Of a DNA stretch of 64,000 nt, positions 32,978 through 43,827 are shown in pieces (position 1 is the stretch's first letter; the number at the start of each line of letters is the position of its first letter). The DNA is from an uncultured Methanobacteriaceae archaeon (lineage in GTDB: Archaea > Methanobacteriota > Methanobacteria > Methanobacteriales > Methanobacteriaceae), in NCBI GenBank assembly GCA_963768755.1, contig CAVYIX010000003.1, positions 52,201-116,200 on the forward strand, in the 5' to 3' direction. The position numbers were made by a program, and so were the translations under genes. The notes below the pieces were generated by a model. The model made no database searches. It was not told where the DNA came from and saw only the letters and a program-made list of their open reading frames with translations.

Positions 32978-33415
32978 TTATAACATTTTTTTCTCAGCTT
33001 CTTGTTTCAGTTTTTGATTCATCATTTGGAATCCAGATTTAGTATCTTTTAACATATTTGAGAATAATGGAACTAGTAAACCATAAAATCTTTCTTTTTG
33101 AATAAACAAAACATTGTCGTCATCAATTTTCTTAATGATTAAACTATGTTCCCCATCGAATAATTTTGGAATCCATAACTTTCCAAGCCATTTTAATTCT
33201 TCTTCCTCATGAAATTTCAATATTTTCGGTTTAAATTTCATTCCATCCGAATTTGGAGGTTTTATGAATAAATAAATTTCAGATCCCTCTTTGGGTATTC
33301 CTGATATTTCTCTGATAAATGGATTCCATTTTCTGTATTTACCAAAATCAGTAATTATATCCCACACAATGCTTGGAGATGCATTTATACGAATTTCTGT
33401 ATAAATCTCTTTCAT
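32978..33415 (-). CDS. SRPBCC (START/polyketide cyclase-like) domain protein
   Basis: EIRINASPSIVWDIITDFGKYRKWNPFI is a typical SRPBCC N-terminal pattern. Confidence 0.6.
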   Translation of the reverse strand: MKEIYTEIRINASPSIVWDIITDFGKYRKWNPFIREISGIPKEGSEIYLFIKPPNSDGMKFKPKILKFHEEEELKWLGKLWIPKLFDGEHSLIIKKIDDDNVLFIQKERFYGLLVPLFSNMLKDTKSGFQMMNQKLKQEAEKKML

Positions 33416-33567
33416 ATTTTATTATGTGTATGTTGATTTTAAAAAATTTATTTATATTTTCATATATTTTTGATAATTCCAAATTTTTTTCATAACAAAT
33501 AATTATAATTATACTGGAATAATTATCTTAGAATAAAATTAATAGATGATATATTTAGGACGGAATC

Positions 33568-34041
33568 ATGAGAAGAGTTGATAAAGAGATAAAGGATATA
33601 AAAACCATAGAATCAATATTACAAGAAGCAGATTACTGTGTGGTTGCTTTGTCTCATAATGACAGTCCATACGTGGTACCAATGAATTTCGGATTTAAAG
33701 ATCACAATATTTACCTACACTCCTCCAAAGAAGGAAGGAAGATAGAAATCTTGAATGCTAACAAAAAAGTTTCTTTCGCAGTTGAAATCAAAACTAAAGT
33801 AGTGAAATCTGAAAGATCATGCGACTGGGGAATGAATTATATGAGTGTTGTTGGAGAAGGATATGCACATTTCATAGAAGATGCCAAGAAAAAAATTGAA
33901 GCTCTCGATATAATAATGTCTAAATATTCTAATAATGAATCAATGACTTCTTTTGAATACTCGAAAACTGCTCTTAATAAGGTAGCGCTAATAAAAATTG
34001 AAGTTACATTGTTAAGTGGTAAAATATCTGGATATAAATGA
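33568..34041 (+). CDS. Pyridoxamine 5'-phosphate oxidase-like FMN-binding protein
   Basis: 157 aa. CVVALSHNDSPYVVPMNFGF...IYLHSSKEGRKIE matches the split-barrel flavoprotein pattern. Confidence 0.65.
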   Translation: MRRVDKEIKDIKTIESILQEADYCVVALSHNDSPYVVPMNFGFKDHNIYLHSSKEGRKIEILNANKKVSFAVEIKTKVVKSERSCDWGMNYMSVVGEGYAHFIEDAKKKIEALDIIMSKYSNNESMTSFEYSKTALNKVALIKIEVTLLSGKISGYK

Positions 34042-34120
34042 ACTTATTAAAAAAGTGATAATTTATTTAGTATTATATTAAATATTTAACTTAATGAGTT
34101 AATTTTCAGTTGGAGATACC

Positions 34121-34777
34121 ATGAAAGAGGTTGCGATAACCATCAAGGCTCACAATAAACCTGGGGTTCTTAGAGATATAACCGATATGATGGCAAAGTG
34201 TGGGATAAATATTTCATATACCCATCTTTTCATAGAAAAAGATGAATCTGCATCGGTTTATATGGAACTGGAAGATGTAGATGATATAGAAACCTTGGCA
34301 AACAATATTAGAACCCATGGAAATGTGGACGAAGTTAAAACCCATCGTTCCCTCGGAGAAATTTACGGTAAGAGGATAATTATAATTGGTGGTGGTGCGC
34401 AAGTAGCACAAGTGGCACAGGGAGCTATAACTGAGGCTGATCGTCATAATATTAGAGGAGAAAGGATAAGTGTGGATACCATACCTCTTGTTGGAGAACA
34501 GGAACTTTCAGAAGCAGTTTCTGCAGTTGGAAGACTTCCAAGAATTGGTGCTTTAGTACTTGCAGGATCTTTAATGGGTGGGAAAATTGCAGACTCAATA
34601 GATGAAATTAAAAAAGAACACGATGTAATTGTTATAAGCCTTAACATGCTTGGAAGTGTAACTGAAAAGGCAGATCTTATTGTCACAGATCCTGTTCAAG
34701 CTGGTGTAATGGCTGTTATGTCTGTTGCTGAAACAGCAATATTTGATATAAAAAAAATTGGAAGAAAGAAATTTTAA
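34121..34777 (+). CDS. ACT-domain protein (predicted amino-acid-metabolism regulator, COG2150-like)
   Basis: N-terminal ACT pattern [26 protein letters not shown]. The C-terminal domain has [17 protein letters not shown]. Confidence 0.55.
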   Translation: MKEVAITIKAHNKPGVLRDITDMMAKCGINISYTHLFIEKDESASVYMELEDVDDIETLANNIRTHGNVDEVKTHRSLGEIYGKRIIIIGGGAQVAQVAQGAITEADRHNIRGERISVDTIPLVGEQELSEAVSAVGRLPRIGALVLAGSLMGGKIADSIDEIKKEHDVIVISLNMLGSVTEKADLIVTDPVQAGVMAVMSVAETAIFDIKKIGRKKF

Positions 34778-34786
34778 TAAACCAGT

Positions 34787-35077
34787 TTATAGAGGTTCTA
34801 AAGTTCTGATAAGTCTTTCTGCAGCAATCTTAATTTTATCATCCTTTATTTTTCCGCTTTTTGCTATTTTAAGTGCCATTTCTAATACTTGAGGTACATC
34901 TTCTTTAGAAATGTTTTGTGCCATGTTAGTATAGTCTTGATCAGGGTCGTCTTCCATTTCAAAATTTTCCTCAGCCATAGTATCCAGCATGATCTTGCAT
35001 TCTTTCATTAAAGCCGGATCATCCTTCATTTCTTCACATTTAGCCATCAGTTCGTTAGTTTTTTTATCATCCATCAT
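34787..35077 (-). CDS. Small acidic protein, paralog A (unknown function)
   Basis: 96 aa, starting at the ATG after TTAGGTG. About 45 percent identical by eye to the neighbouring ORF 35248-35529 (shared KC.-M.D, EDDPDQ.Y..MA.N, DV..VLE.ALK...SG.IKD). Confidence 0.5.
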   Translation of the reverse strand: MMDDKKTNELMAKCEEMKDDPALMKECKIMLDTMAEENFEMEDDPDQDYTNMAQNISKEDVPQVLEMALKIAKSGKIKDDKIKIAAERLIRTLEPL

Positions 35078-35247
35078 GAACACCTAATTATTATATAGGG
35101 CACGAGATAATTTATAGTTTTAGTAATAATAAAAAAGAGTTTAAAGGCGTTTAATCTGTTTTAAGGAATATTATGGTCTAAATGTCTTAAAAAAAATTTA
35201 GTAAAAATAATAATTAATTTGATTTAAAAAGAAAAGAAAAATATAAT

Positions 35248-35529
35248 TTAACTCATTTCTATTGCTCTTATAATCCTGCTTGCAGCATTTTTTAGCTCGA
35301 CATCCTTTATATCTCCGCTTTCCCTTACTTTAAGGGCAAGTTCGAGCACTTTAGAAACATCTTTTGGTTTTAGATTTTCTGCCATACCAATATATGTCTG
35401 ATCCGGGTCATCTTCTAACTTTACATCTTTTTTCTTCATCATATCTAATAGTACTTGACATGAACCCATAACTGTAGAATCATCCATGTTTTCACACTTT
35501 TTCATTAGTTCGTCTGCCTTTTTATCCAT
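35248..35529 (-). CDS. Small acidic protein, paralog B (unknown function)
   Basis: 93 aa. SD GGTGAT upstream. Paralog of 34787-35077. Confidence 0.5.
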   Translation of the reverse strand: MDKKADELMKKCENMDDSTVMGSCQVLLDMMKKKDVKLEDDPDQTYIGMAENLKPKDVSKVLELALKVRESGDIKDVELKNAASRIIRAIEMS

Positions 35530-35810
35530 AAAATCACCATTTTTACTATGTTACAATGGGATTTATATTATTTATGTTTTAATTTTAAATAGAAAAATTA
35601 TTGACATATCTAAATTATTGGAATCCTCCAATAATCTCCAAAATAATATGAACTAACTATCTTTGAAACCAACAATACTATATTTTCTAAGAAACATAAT
35701 ATTTCAATAATATTTTGAAGAATAATAGAATGTTTAAAATCTTTAAAATACAAATTCTATGTTAGATTGGGTTTTGGGATGCAATTAAGTATTATGTTCT
35801 TAGTTAAAAT

Positions 35811-36347
35811 ATGAGGGATATTATGGCACCGCATTGCGATACAATGGATGGACCGGTTGTAACAGCCGCTGAACTTGCATTAGAGATGGAAAACATAAAT
35901 TATGTGCTCCCATATGTGAAAAAAGACTTAGAAAGAGAATTGAAAGATGCCTTTGATAAAACTATTGTGGTCAGGGAGCTTAGTGGTGATGCAGCAGAAG
36001 TTGCTGACTATTGGTTTTTTGAAACAGCTGTAAGGCTTCATATGACTGGAAAAGGAAAATCATATACTGGAATAAAACATTCTGGTCTAAACCAGAGTTT
36101 TGTTATAAAAAAAGCAGAGGAAGCAATTGAATCAGGTGAAAAATCAGAATTAGAAGAATTTTTAATGGACTTCATAGGTGAAGCATTTGAGAGACGATTT
36201 GAAACAGTGATGTATAAAAAGGAATATGAACTCAATAATATAAATGCTGCAAGGGATTATGTTGATTCTATGTTAGAATTTGTATTATTTGTAAACAAAC
36301 TATATATGCATGTAGAAAATGCCAATAAATCAAATGATAATGATTGA
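35811..36347 (+). CDS. Hypothetical protein (PHCDTMDGPVV N-terminus, DUF6448-like)
   Basis: The APHCDTMDGPVVTAA motif resembles DUF6448 from memory. No signal peptide is seen. Confidence 0.4.
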   Translation: MRDIMAPHCDTMDGPVVTAAELALEMENINYVLPYVKKDLERELKDAFDKTIVVRELSGDAAEVADYWFFETAVRLHMTGKGKSYTGIKHSGLNQSFVIKKAEEAIESGEKSELEEFLMDFIGEAFERRFETVMYKKEYELNNINAARDYVDSMLEFVLFVNKLYMHVENANKSNDND

Positions 36348-36409
36348 ATTCAGTTATAAAAAATTAAACATTTTAAAATGGATTTTTTGAATTATTTAAA
36401 AACTCTGAG

Positions 36410-36751
36410 ATGAGAAGTGTAAAAATGTCCGAAGAACTGAAATCGAAGCCATTTAATATAGAAAATTTGATAGATTATCAGGAAAATTCTGTTGTTAGTC
36501 GTGAGATTATAAGAAAGGAGACTGGAACTGTAACTATATTCGCATTTGATAAGGGAGAGGGATTGAGCGAACACACAGCCCCATTTGATGCTATGGTTCA
36601 AGTTGTTGATGGAACTGCAGAAATTATTATTTCTGGAAATAAAAATGTGGTTAAGTATGGGGAGATGATTATTATGCCTGGCAATGTTCCACACGCTTTA
36701 AATGCTATTGAAAAATTTAAAATGGTTTTAACCATGATCAGATCCAACTAG
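36410..36751 (+). CDS. Cupin domain protein
   Basis: GEGLSEHTAPFDAMVQVVDGTAEIII...MPGNVPHAL is the two-motif cupin_2 pattern. Confidence 0.75.
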   Translation: MRSVKMSEELKSKPFNIENLIDYQENSVVSREIIRKETGTVTIFAFDKGEGLSEHTAPFDAMVQVVDGTAEIIISGNKNVVKYGEMIIMPGNVPHALNAIEKFKMVLTMIRSN

Positions 36752-36752
36752 T

Positions 36753-37559
36753 TCAGTTTATTTTTTTATCATTTGTTAAATCGCATACATCACAGTAATC
36801 ACATGCAAGACATTTTTTCGTGTTTGGAACAACTTCAGGAACTGAATCATTGTATATTATTGATAAAATTTCGTTGAATACGTGTGTGAATTGTTCCCTT
36901 AATGAGGTATTAATCAAAACAGGTTTTTTTGATCCCACCCTCATATAATTGACAAAACCTACCGGAACCTCTTTATTGAATTCATGTTCCATTAAGTAGG
37001 CATAAGCAGTAATATGGATAGCATCAGATCGCCAAACTCCCTTCATTGGAGGTGATGTGGTTTTAATTTTAACTGGATAATAAACTCCATCAATGATTTC
37101 TATCTTATCGATCTGCCCCAGAAGTCCATTTTCTCTATCTTCAATTTTAAATTCAATTAAACTTGGTGGAAAAAGTAAATTTACGGCTTTAGCTCCAATG
37201 ATTCCATTTTTAAGCATTTTTTGACTTTTAATGGCTATCAACCATGAATTAAATTTTAAATCTTCTTTTAATCTTTCGAATGCATTTGAATTGTCAATTG
37301 CTGCATCTTTATACTGCTGATGGATAATATCCAAAAACTCCGGAACATCTTTGAGAAGTTTTTCTAATATTTCTTTTACTTGCATTTCACCTTTTAAAGT
37401 CCAAAGATTCCTTTTTATTAATTCTTCAAAACCAATGAGCGCTTCACGCGATATGTTGGAGTTACTATTTGTGCTGGTTTTTATGTCATAATCCTGCATT
37501 TTCATATATACTTTCATTGGGCAGTACAGATATTCTAGGATCAAGGAAACAGATATCAT
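36753..37559 (-). CDS. Cas4-like PD-(D/E)XK nuclease with Fe-S cysteines (orphan, no CRISPR context)
   Basis: N-terminal LEYLYCPMKVYM, central GQIDKIE...YYPVKIKTT, and C-terminal CLACDYCDVC. This is the Cas4/DUF83 arrangement of one N-terminal and three or four C-terminal Cys. Confidence 0.5.
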   Translation of the reverse strand: MISVSLILEYLYCPMKVYMKMQDYDIKTSTNSNSNISREALIGFEELIKRNLWTLKGEMQVKEILEKLLKDVPEFLDIIHQQYKDAAIDNSNAFERLKEDLKFNSWLIAIKSQKMLKNGIIGAKAVNLLFPPSLIEFKIEDRENGLLGQIDKIEIIDGVYYPVKIKTTSPPMKGVWRSDAIHITAYAYLMEHEFNKEVPVGFVNYMRVGSKKPVLINTSLREQFTHVFNEILSIIYNDSVPEVVPNTKKCLACDYCDVCDLTNDKKIN

Positions 37560-37667
37560 TTTTTTTACACTTCCCTCGGGTTTGATAATACATTTAATTA
37601 TTATTGTATTAATTAATATATAAATCCATCTAATAAAAAAATAAGTAAGAGAAAATACAAGATATTC

Positions 37668-38945
37668 TTAAAGAACTCTAATGAAGATAGTTTTATCCTT
37701 GATACAATCTAATTGGTCAATTTTTTCAACAGCTGCTCTCATTTCCATTTCAAGTGCTGTATGAGTCACCAAGAAAATAGGAATTCCTTCTTTTTCCTGT
37801 TTTTGAATCATAGATCCAATGCTTATATTATGTTCGCTAAGTATTCCAGAAATTTCATGTAAAACACCTGGTTTATCTTCTGTTAAGAGTCTGAGATAAT
37901 ATTTTGATTTTAAATCATTTATATTGCTAATTTTTCTAACTGATGTTTCAGCAGGTCCATAAAGAACAGGTTTTCCCATGTTTTCAATTATGTCTATGCA
38001 ATCTCCAATTACCGCACTTGCTGTTGGTAACATACCAGCACCAGGACCATACATCATAACTGGTCCTACAATATCTCCTACCAGATATACTCCATTGAAT
38101 ACATCATTTACACTTGAAAGAAGATGATCCATAGGTACAATGGTGGGATGAACCCTAATTTCCAGATTTCCATCTACCAGCTTAGATATTGCAAGGAGTT
38201 TAATACAACAATCTAGCTCATTCTTTGCAAAACTGATATCATCCTGGGTGATATGGCTAATACCCTCTACATGGAAGTTTTCCTGTTTTATGTATTTGCC
38301 AAAACCGATTATGGTTAGTATTATAAGTTTTTGAGCGCTATCATCCCCTTCTATATCAAAAGTGGGATCTGATTCGGCATATCCCTTTTCTTGTGCTTCC
38401 TTCAGAACATCTTCAAAATTTCTGTTCTCTTCAGACATTTTGGTAAGTATATAATTCGCAGTGCCATTTATAATACCGTAAATGGATTCTAAATGATTTG
38501 CTGCAAGACATTCATTTAGTGGTTGAAGCAATGGTATCCCACCACCTACACTAGCCTCAAAACATATTCTAACGTGGTTTCTTTGTGCTGAGGATATTAA
38601 TTCATCCCAATGTTTAGCAATTAATGCTTTGTTTGCAGTTACGACATGTTTACCGGTTTCCATAGCTCTTAAAATAAATTTAAGAGCTGGCTGATATCCT
38701 CCGATAAGTTCGATTACTATATCAATGGCTGGATCTTCAAGTATATCATTAATATCAGTTGAAAGTATTTCTGGAGAGATATTTACGCCTCTATCAGTTT
38801 TTATATCTAAATCTACAACTTTTTTTAATTTAACTTTTTTATTCACCTTATTTTCCAAAAGATCAAGGTTTCTATTTAAAGTTTCTACAACTCCACTTCC
38901 AATAGTTCCAAAACCGATAAGTCCGATATTTACAATATCTTTCAA
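37668..38945 (-). CDS. hom: Homoserine dehydrogenase with C-terminal ACT domain
   Basis: [23 protein letters not shown], and the ACT-like tail [24 protein letters not shown] at 38945 is preferred, with GGAG 8 nt upstream; the track start at 38993 adds an implausible leader. Confidence 0.9.
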   Translation of the reverse strand: MKDIVNIGLIGFGTIGSGVVETLNRNLDLLENKVNKKVKLKKVVDLDIKTDRGVNISPEILSTDINDILEDPAIDIVIELIGGYQPALKFILRAMETGKHVVTANKALIAKHWDELISSAQRNHVRICFEASVGGGIPLLQPLNECLAANHLESIYGIINGTANYILTKMSEENRNFEDVLKEAQEKGYAESDPTFDIEGDDSAQKLIILTIIGFGKYIKQENFHVEGISHITQDDISFAKNELDCCIKLLAISKLVDGNLEIRVHPTIVPMDHLLSSVNDVFNGVYLVGDIVGPVMMYGPGAGMLPTASAVIGDCIDIIENMGKPVLYGPAETSVRKISNINDLKSKYYLRLLTEDKPGVLHEISGILSEHNISIGSMIQKQEKEGIPIFLVTHTALEMEMRAAVEKIDQLDCIKDKTIFIRVL

Positions 38946-39015
38946 AAGACTCACTCCAATATACTCCAAATTATAATAGATAATAATTAACAATTGTTAA
39001 ATGGATCATAAATAA

Positions 39016-40041
39016 TTAAATTTTTGTTTTGAAATTTTTAAGCTTTATAAATTCTCCAATTGATTCTCGTGTAGTTCCAACAACAAGTCTGTAATTTATG
39101 TTTTGTCCAATAACCTTTTCAAGTTTTCCTCGAGCAGTTATACGTTCCCCTTCCCTTGCTTGCCCTGCATAAGTGTGTGTGTAAGAATCAACCTCCGTTA
39201 TAGGAACTTTGGGGCCTTTAATTATCTCAATATTATCCACCTTGTACACTGCAGGATTGTCAAATGCAGCTAGAGAATCCGTAACTGTACAATCAATCTC
39301 CATAATTCCCATTGGTTCATATCTGATTGCAGAATAGCTTCCATGGATCTCATCCCAGTCTCTAGTCTGAAGGATATCAAATAGGGTGCCATCTAAAATG
39401 CCTCTGTTATGTTTCCTGTTTTCGTACCATCTAAACTCTTCATAAGTTAAGGATGAATCCTTAATTCGTTTTTTGTAGAGTTTATTCCAATATTCACCTT
39501 CAATACCTTTGAGTATCCCATTTTCCTTTTTTATATTCTCAAAAGCTTTCATTACCTCTCTATGATTTTTAAGACCGTAAATAACAAAATCAATATCTGA
39601 AACATCTGGATTATACAACCCTGGTAATATAGATCCAGATATCCCCATTTTACTATAAGAAATTCCTGTATGTTCATGAAATATTTCTGCTAGTTTAACA
39701 ACTTTATCAAGTAATTTATCCCTTTTGTCAGCTTCGATAATACCTCTGAGACGATCTATTGGTTCCAAAATTTTTTCAACTTTTTCGGATGGAACTCCCA
39801 TCATTTCAACATTAGTGATCTCACAATCGAAGAGATACTCTGGAAAATTATTTCTTAAATATTCGTATGCCTGATTTGAGTCCACTTTAGAATATTTTTT
39901 GTTGTTCAATGAACGATCCCCATCTTGATCTGGAATATACCTTAAAAATGATATTATTCTGTCATCTGGATGAAGATAAGTAGTGGTTGCAAAGAACAGA
40001 TCATCGGTAGTGTGTATGAAATCTCGAGGTCTGGCTCTCAT
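39016..40041 (-). CDS. Predicted nucleotidyltransferase (pol-beta fold, COG1665-like) with C-terminal OB-like domain
   Basis: [24 protein letters not shown] is the hG[GS]x9-13DhD NTase motif. The N-terminus is [26 protein letters not shown]. Confidence 0.55.
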   Translation of the reverse strand: MRARPRDFIHTTDDLFFATTTYLHPDDRIISFLRYIPDQDGDRSLNNKKYSKVDSNQAYEYLRNNFPEYLFDCEITNVEMMGVPSEKVEKILEPIDRLRGIIEADKRDKLLDKVVKLAEIFHEHTGISYSKMGISGSILPGLYNPDVSDIDFVIYGLKNHREVMKAFENIKKENGILKGIEGEYWNKLYKKRIKDSSLTYEEFRWYENRKHNRGILDGTLFDILQTRDWDEIHGSYSAIRYEPMGIMEIDCTVTDSLAAFDNPAVYKVDNIEIIKGPKVPITEVDSYTHTYAGQAREGERITARGKLEKVIGQNINYRLVVGTTRESIGEFIKLKNFKTKI

Positions 40042-40073
40042 AGATTAATTTAACTGTATGACCATTATTAAAT

Positions 40074-40448
40074 ATGATAGTTTCAAGGATTCTACCTGGT
40101 GAAGATCTAAAAAATGGTATAGAAAATTTAATAGATATTAACTCTTTAAAATCTGGAATAATCCTCTGTATAGTTGGAAGTATTTATAATGCTGTTTTAA
40201 GAATGCCAAATGGGGGTAAAAAAGTTTTTAATGGACTATTCGAGATAGTTTCTGCTGAAGGGACAGTTTCAAGAGATGGAATTCATGTCCATATTGCCAT
40301 AGCCGATAAAGATGGTGCAGTTTATGGTGGTCACCTACTTGAAGGATGTATAGTCCATACAACTGCCGAAATTAGCATTATTAAATCTAAAATGATTTTT
40401 AAAAGGATTCATGATCCGAAAACTGGTTATAAAGAACTTTTTGTTTGA
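40074..40448 (+). CDS. PPC (DUF296) domain protein
   Basis: 124 aa. SAEGTVSRDGIHVHIAIADKDGAVYGGHLLEG matches the PPC/DUF296 pattern. Confidence 0.6.
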   Translation: MIVSRILPGEDLKNGIENLIDINSLKSGIILCIVGSIYNAVLRMPNGGKKVFNGLFEIVSAEGTVSRDGIHVHIAIADKDGAVYGGHLLEGCIVHTTAEISIIKSKMIFKRIHDPKTGYKELFV

Positions 40449-40546
40449 GATAATAAGAGTTTAATTCTTTAAAAACATTTATTAAAATTATAAATCTAAC
40501 TAGGATATATCATCATTAAATATCTTGGATAACTGAGAACTAAGGA

Positions 40547-41152
40547 TTGAAACTGATGAAACATTTGAAACTAAAAGATAACACTTGTTATGATGGAAGC
40601 CAGATTGAACCTATGTGGGCATTTAAAACCTTTGGAATTAAGGATTCAAGTATTGTAACCTGGATCGGACCAATGAAAATTAAACAGGATCATCTTGTGG
40701 ATTTTGAAGATGTTGGTCTTGAGATAAAAGGAGATAAAATGTTACATTTCATAATTGAACATTTCGATGTTCAACCCGCAGACATCAATTTATGCTACCA
40801 TAGACAACGAATTTTTGTAATGATCATCAAAGACATATTACAAAATTTAGGAATCAAGACAGTTAGAAAGGGTGATGATTTATATTACAAAAAGCTCAGT
40901 TCAAATGGGGAAGTAAATGGAAAGCTATCAGTTTCTATATCAACATGTTCTGTCAGCAGTATGAAAGTTCATTTTGCTTTAAATCTCATAGAAAAGGGAA
41001 CACCAGATAATGTTGAAACTGCGGGCATACTGGAGCCCTACGGTGGTCTTGAAATTTCAGATGTTAATAAATTTGTTGATGAAGCATGTGAAAATTATAT
41101 TAATGAAATTTCATCCATTAAAATGGATATAAGCAAAACAAGGGTATTTTAA
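40547..41152 (+). CDS. DUF366 family protein
   Basis: 201 aa. [19 protein letters not shown]-terminus. It sits directly 5' of queD-queE, which is the usual DUF366 context. The start may be ATG at 40556. Confidence 0.5.
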   Translation: MKLMKHLKLKDNTCYDGSQIEPMWAFKTFGIKDSSIVTWIGPMKIKQDHLVDFEDVGLEIKGDKMLHFIIEHFDVQPADINLCYHRQRIFVMIIKDILQNLGIKTVRKGDDLYYKKLSSNGEVNGKLSVSISTCSVSSMKVHFALNLIEKGTPDNVETAGILEPYGGLEISDVNKFVDEACENYINEISSIKMDISKTRVF

Positions 41153-41236
41153 GTGTTCAATTTAACATAGATTTAGAGGTTTAATAATTTTTATAGATGA
41201 ATTAAAAATAATGTAGATTATGAAGAAGGTTTTTTG

Positions 41237-41719
41237 ATGAAAATAGTTATAAATGGAATTCACGCGAATTTAAGATTTTCAGCAGCTCATATGATTCCAG
41301 AGCACGAATCATGTGGGGTAATACATGGTCACTCTTACATAGTTGATGTTGTTGTTGAAGGAGAGAGATCTGGGGAATTTGGATTCGTTGTAGATTTTAA
41401 AAAGGTCAAGGATATTATAAGGGGTCTATGTAAAAAAATGGATCATCGTGTACTTATCCCGATAAAGAACCCAAAAATGAACTTTAAAAATCTTGAAGGT
41501 CCAGTTGAATTTTCAATTGGAAAGAAAGATTATATGCTGCCGCTTGAAGATTGTCTACTTCTAGATCTTCAATCCACTTCAGCAGAGGATTTATCAGAAT
41601 TCTTTGCAGAAGAACTCTACCATAAATTAAAGGAAATAAATAGCGAAATATCAAGCGTGCAGATATGTATAAATGAGGGAATAGGACAGGGAGCCTATTT
41701 CACAAAAGATTCGGGTTAG
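41237..41719 (+). CDS. queD: 6-carboxy-5,6,7,8-tetrahydropterin synthase (PTPS family)
   Basis: [21 protein letters not shown] shows the catalytic Cys and zinc His residues. Confidence 0.85.
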   Translation: MKIVINGIHANLRFSAAHMIPEHESCGVIHGHSYIVDVVVEGERSGEFGFVVDFKKVKDIIRGLCKKMDHRVLIPIKNPKMNFKNLEGPVEFSIGKKDYMLPLEDCLLLDLQSTSAEDLSEFFAEELYHKLKEINSEISSVQICINEGIGQGAYFTKDSG

Positions 41720-41742
41720 AAACTATTTTAAGAGGTTTTAAC

Positions 41743-42444
41743 ATGAAAACTCATATAAATGAGATTTTCTCAAGTATCCAAGGTGAAGGAATTCTCATTG
41801 GTCGAAGACAAATTTTTATAAGGTTTTCAGGGTGTAACCTTGATTGTAATTACTGTGATACTCCTAAAAGCCGCAATCCTCAATTTGGTGATTTAATTTC
41901 GACTGAGGATCTATATAATAAAATAAACAAGATTATTACACCAGATTTTCATTCTATTTCATTTACAGGTGGCGAGCCTTTGTTGCACGCAGATTTTATT
42001 AAAAATTTCCTTGAAGAACATAAATTTAAATCTTTATTAGAAACAAACGGGTCTTTACCCAATGAATTACTAAAAATTGCTGAATTGCTGAATTTTGTCT
42101 CCCTCGATATAAAATTACCAGAACATGAAGCCTATAAAAATTGGGATGATCTAATCGGTTTGGAGCTTGAATCCATAAAACTATTAAGAGATGAGGAGAT
42201 AAATACATACTGTAAAGTAGTTGTGATGCCCGGGACAAAAGTAGATATGATAGGTTTTATTGCTTCAAAGATAGCAGATGAAGTTCAAAACACTTCAAAG
42301 CTCTCAATGGTGATTCAACCGGTAAGTCCTCTTGATCTTTGGGCGGATGGAACTAACAAATTGTTTGAGATATCAGAAGAAGCAGGGAAATATATCGATG
42401 TATTAACCATACCACAAGTTCATAAACTTCTAAAAATGCGTTAG
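41743..42444 (+). CDS. queE: 7-carboxy-7-deazaguanine synthase (radical SAM)
   Basis: [34 protein letters not shown] is the QueE-type CxxxCxxC motif. Confidence 0.85.
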   Translation: MKTHINEIFSSIQGEGILIGRRQIFIRFSGCNLDCNYCDTPKSRNPQFGDLISTEDLYNKINKIITPDFHSISFTGGEPLLHADFIKNFLEEHKFKSLLETNGSLPNELLKIAELLNFVSLDIKLPEHEAYKNWDDLIGLELESIKLLRDEEINTYCKVVVMPGTKVDMIGFIASKIADEVQNTSKLSMVIQPVSPLDLWADGTNKLFEISEEAGKYIDVLTIPQVHKLLKMR

Positions 42445-42455
42445 GAGGTTTTATA

Positions 42456-43016
42456 TTGGAAATGGATACAAAAGTTACTGTCCACGATGCCATGACATCC
42501 AGTGTTATAACAGCAGATCCGAAAACTACTATTGCGGATGCAGCTATTTTAATGTCGAGATTTAAGATAGGGTGCCTAGTTGTTGCGACTGAAACAGAAC
42601 CTCAAGGATTAATTACCGAAAGTGACATCATTGAAAAGGTTGTTTCAAAGAACATATTGGCCAGTGAAATTACCATTGGTAAGGTAATGACCAAAAACCT
42701 CATATTAATAGATCCTGGAAGTGAATTGAACCAAGCCGCAAGGCTGATGGCAAAGAATAGTATAAGACGTCTTCCTGTTGTAAATAACGGAATTTTAGTT
42801 GGTATATTAACATCAACTGATGTTCTGATGGTTTCTCCCGAACTCACTGAACTATTGGTTGAAAATGCAAGGATGGAAAATCAAAGGGAATACTCAGATT
42901 CTGAAAAATCTGTACCAGGTACTTGTGAAATTTGTGGAAACTATGTAGAATATCTTGATATATACGATGGAAAATTTTTATGCGAGGAGTGTAAAGAAGA
43001 TCTGGAGGATGAGTAG
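42456..43016 (+). CDS. CBS-pair protein with C-terminal zinc ribbon
   Basis: Two CBS motifs ([12 protein letters not shown]..., [12 protein letters not shown]...) and [32 protein letters not shown] upstream. Confidence 0.8.
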   Translation: MEMDTKVTVHDAMTSSVITADPKTTIADAAILMSRFKIGCLVVATETEPQGLITESDIIEKVVSKNILASEITIGKVMTKNLILIDPGSELNQAARLMAKNSIRRLPVVNNGILVGILTSTDVLMVSPELTELLVENARMENQREYSDSEKSVPGTCEICGNYVEYLDIYDGKFLCEECKEDLEDE

Positions 43017-43827
43017 CTTGAATAATGTGGAAGAGATAATGACATCTGATCCTGTTACCGTAAATGTTGATACCAAATTAACAAAGGTTAGATCAATTTT
43101 CAGGGGAGGATGGTTCCGTTCAATTCCTGTTCTATCAAAAAACCATCTTGAAGGAATAATAACCCGAGGAGACATCATGTTTCTTTCTTCAACCAAGTCA
43201 AACATAGAAGCAAGGGTTATAATGGAACATCCAAAGGTTTTAGCAACTCCAGAAATGGAAATGGATGAAATTGCTAAGAAATTATTGAAATCAGATACAG
43301 TACAAGTACCAGTGGTTGAATCTACCGAAAATATGCATCTCGTGGGGATTTTGAGCATTGGAGATATACTGAAAAAGTTATTGTCAAATGATGCAAAGCC
43401 AAAAATTTCTAATATAGGTTCGATATTCACAAAAAAGGTTATAAAAGCCAATTATGACGATCATATTTCCAAAGTCTGGTCACTAATGGATGAAACAGGA
43501 TTTTCAGGACTTCCGGTTTTAAAAAAAAATAAGATCATAGGAATGATTACCCGTAAGGATATTATAAAATCAGGCCACGTTAGAACAGGTCTTGATGCAG
43601 TTGACAGATCGATCAAGGTTGAAAAGGTCATGGTAACCCCACCAATTGTTGTTACAGTAGACACTAGTATAACCGAAGCTGCAAAGCTAATGATTGAAAA
43701 TGATATTGGACGCCTTCCAGTGGTTGAACATCCAGTATACATTAAAAAAGAGCCCAAAAGAGCAAGAGAAGCCAATTTAGTTGGTATAGTTACAAGAGAA
43801 GATATTTTAGGATCGTATCTAAATTGA
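43009..43827 (+). CDS. CBS-domain protein (four CBS motifs)
   Basis: Start taken at the ATG in GGAGGATGAGTAG, which overlaps the upstream stop. Four CBS-like units. Confidence 0.8.
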   Translation: MSSLNNVEEIMTSDPVTVNVDTKLTKVRSIFRGGWFRSIPVLSKNHLEGIITRGDIMFLSSTKSNIEARVIMEHPKVLATPEMEMDEIAKKLLKSDTVQVPVVESTENMHLVGILSIGDILKKLLSNDAKPKISNIGSIFTKKVIKANYDDHISKVWSLMDETGFSGLPVLKKNKIIGMITRKDIIKSGHVRTGLDAVDRSIKVEKVMVTPPIVVTVDTSITEAAKLMIENDIGRLPVVEHPVYIKKEPKRAREANLVGIVTREDILGSYLN

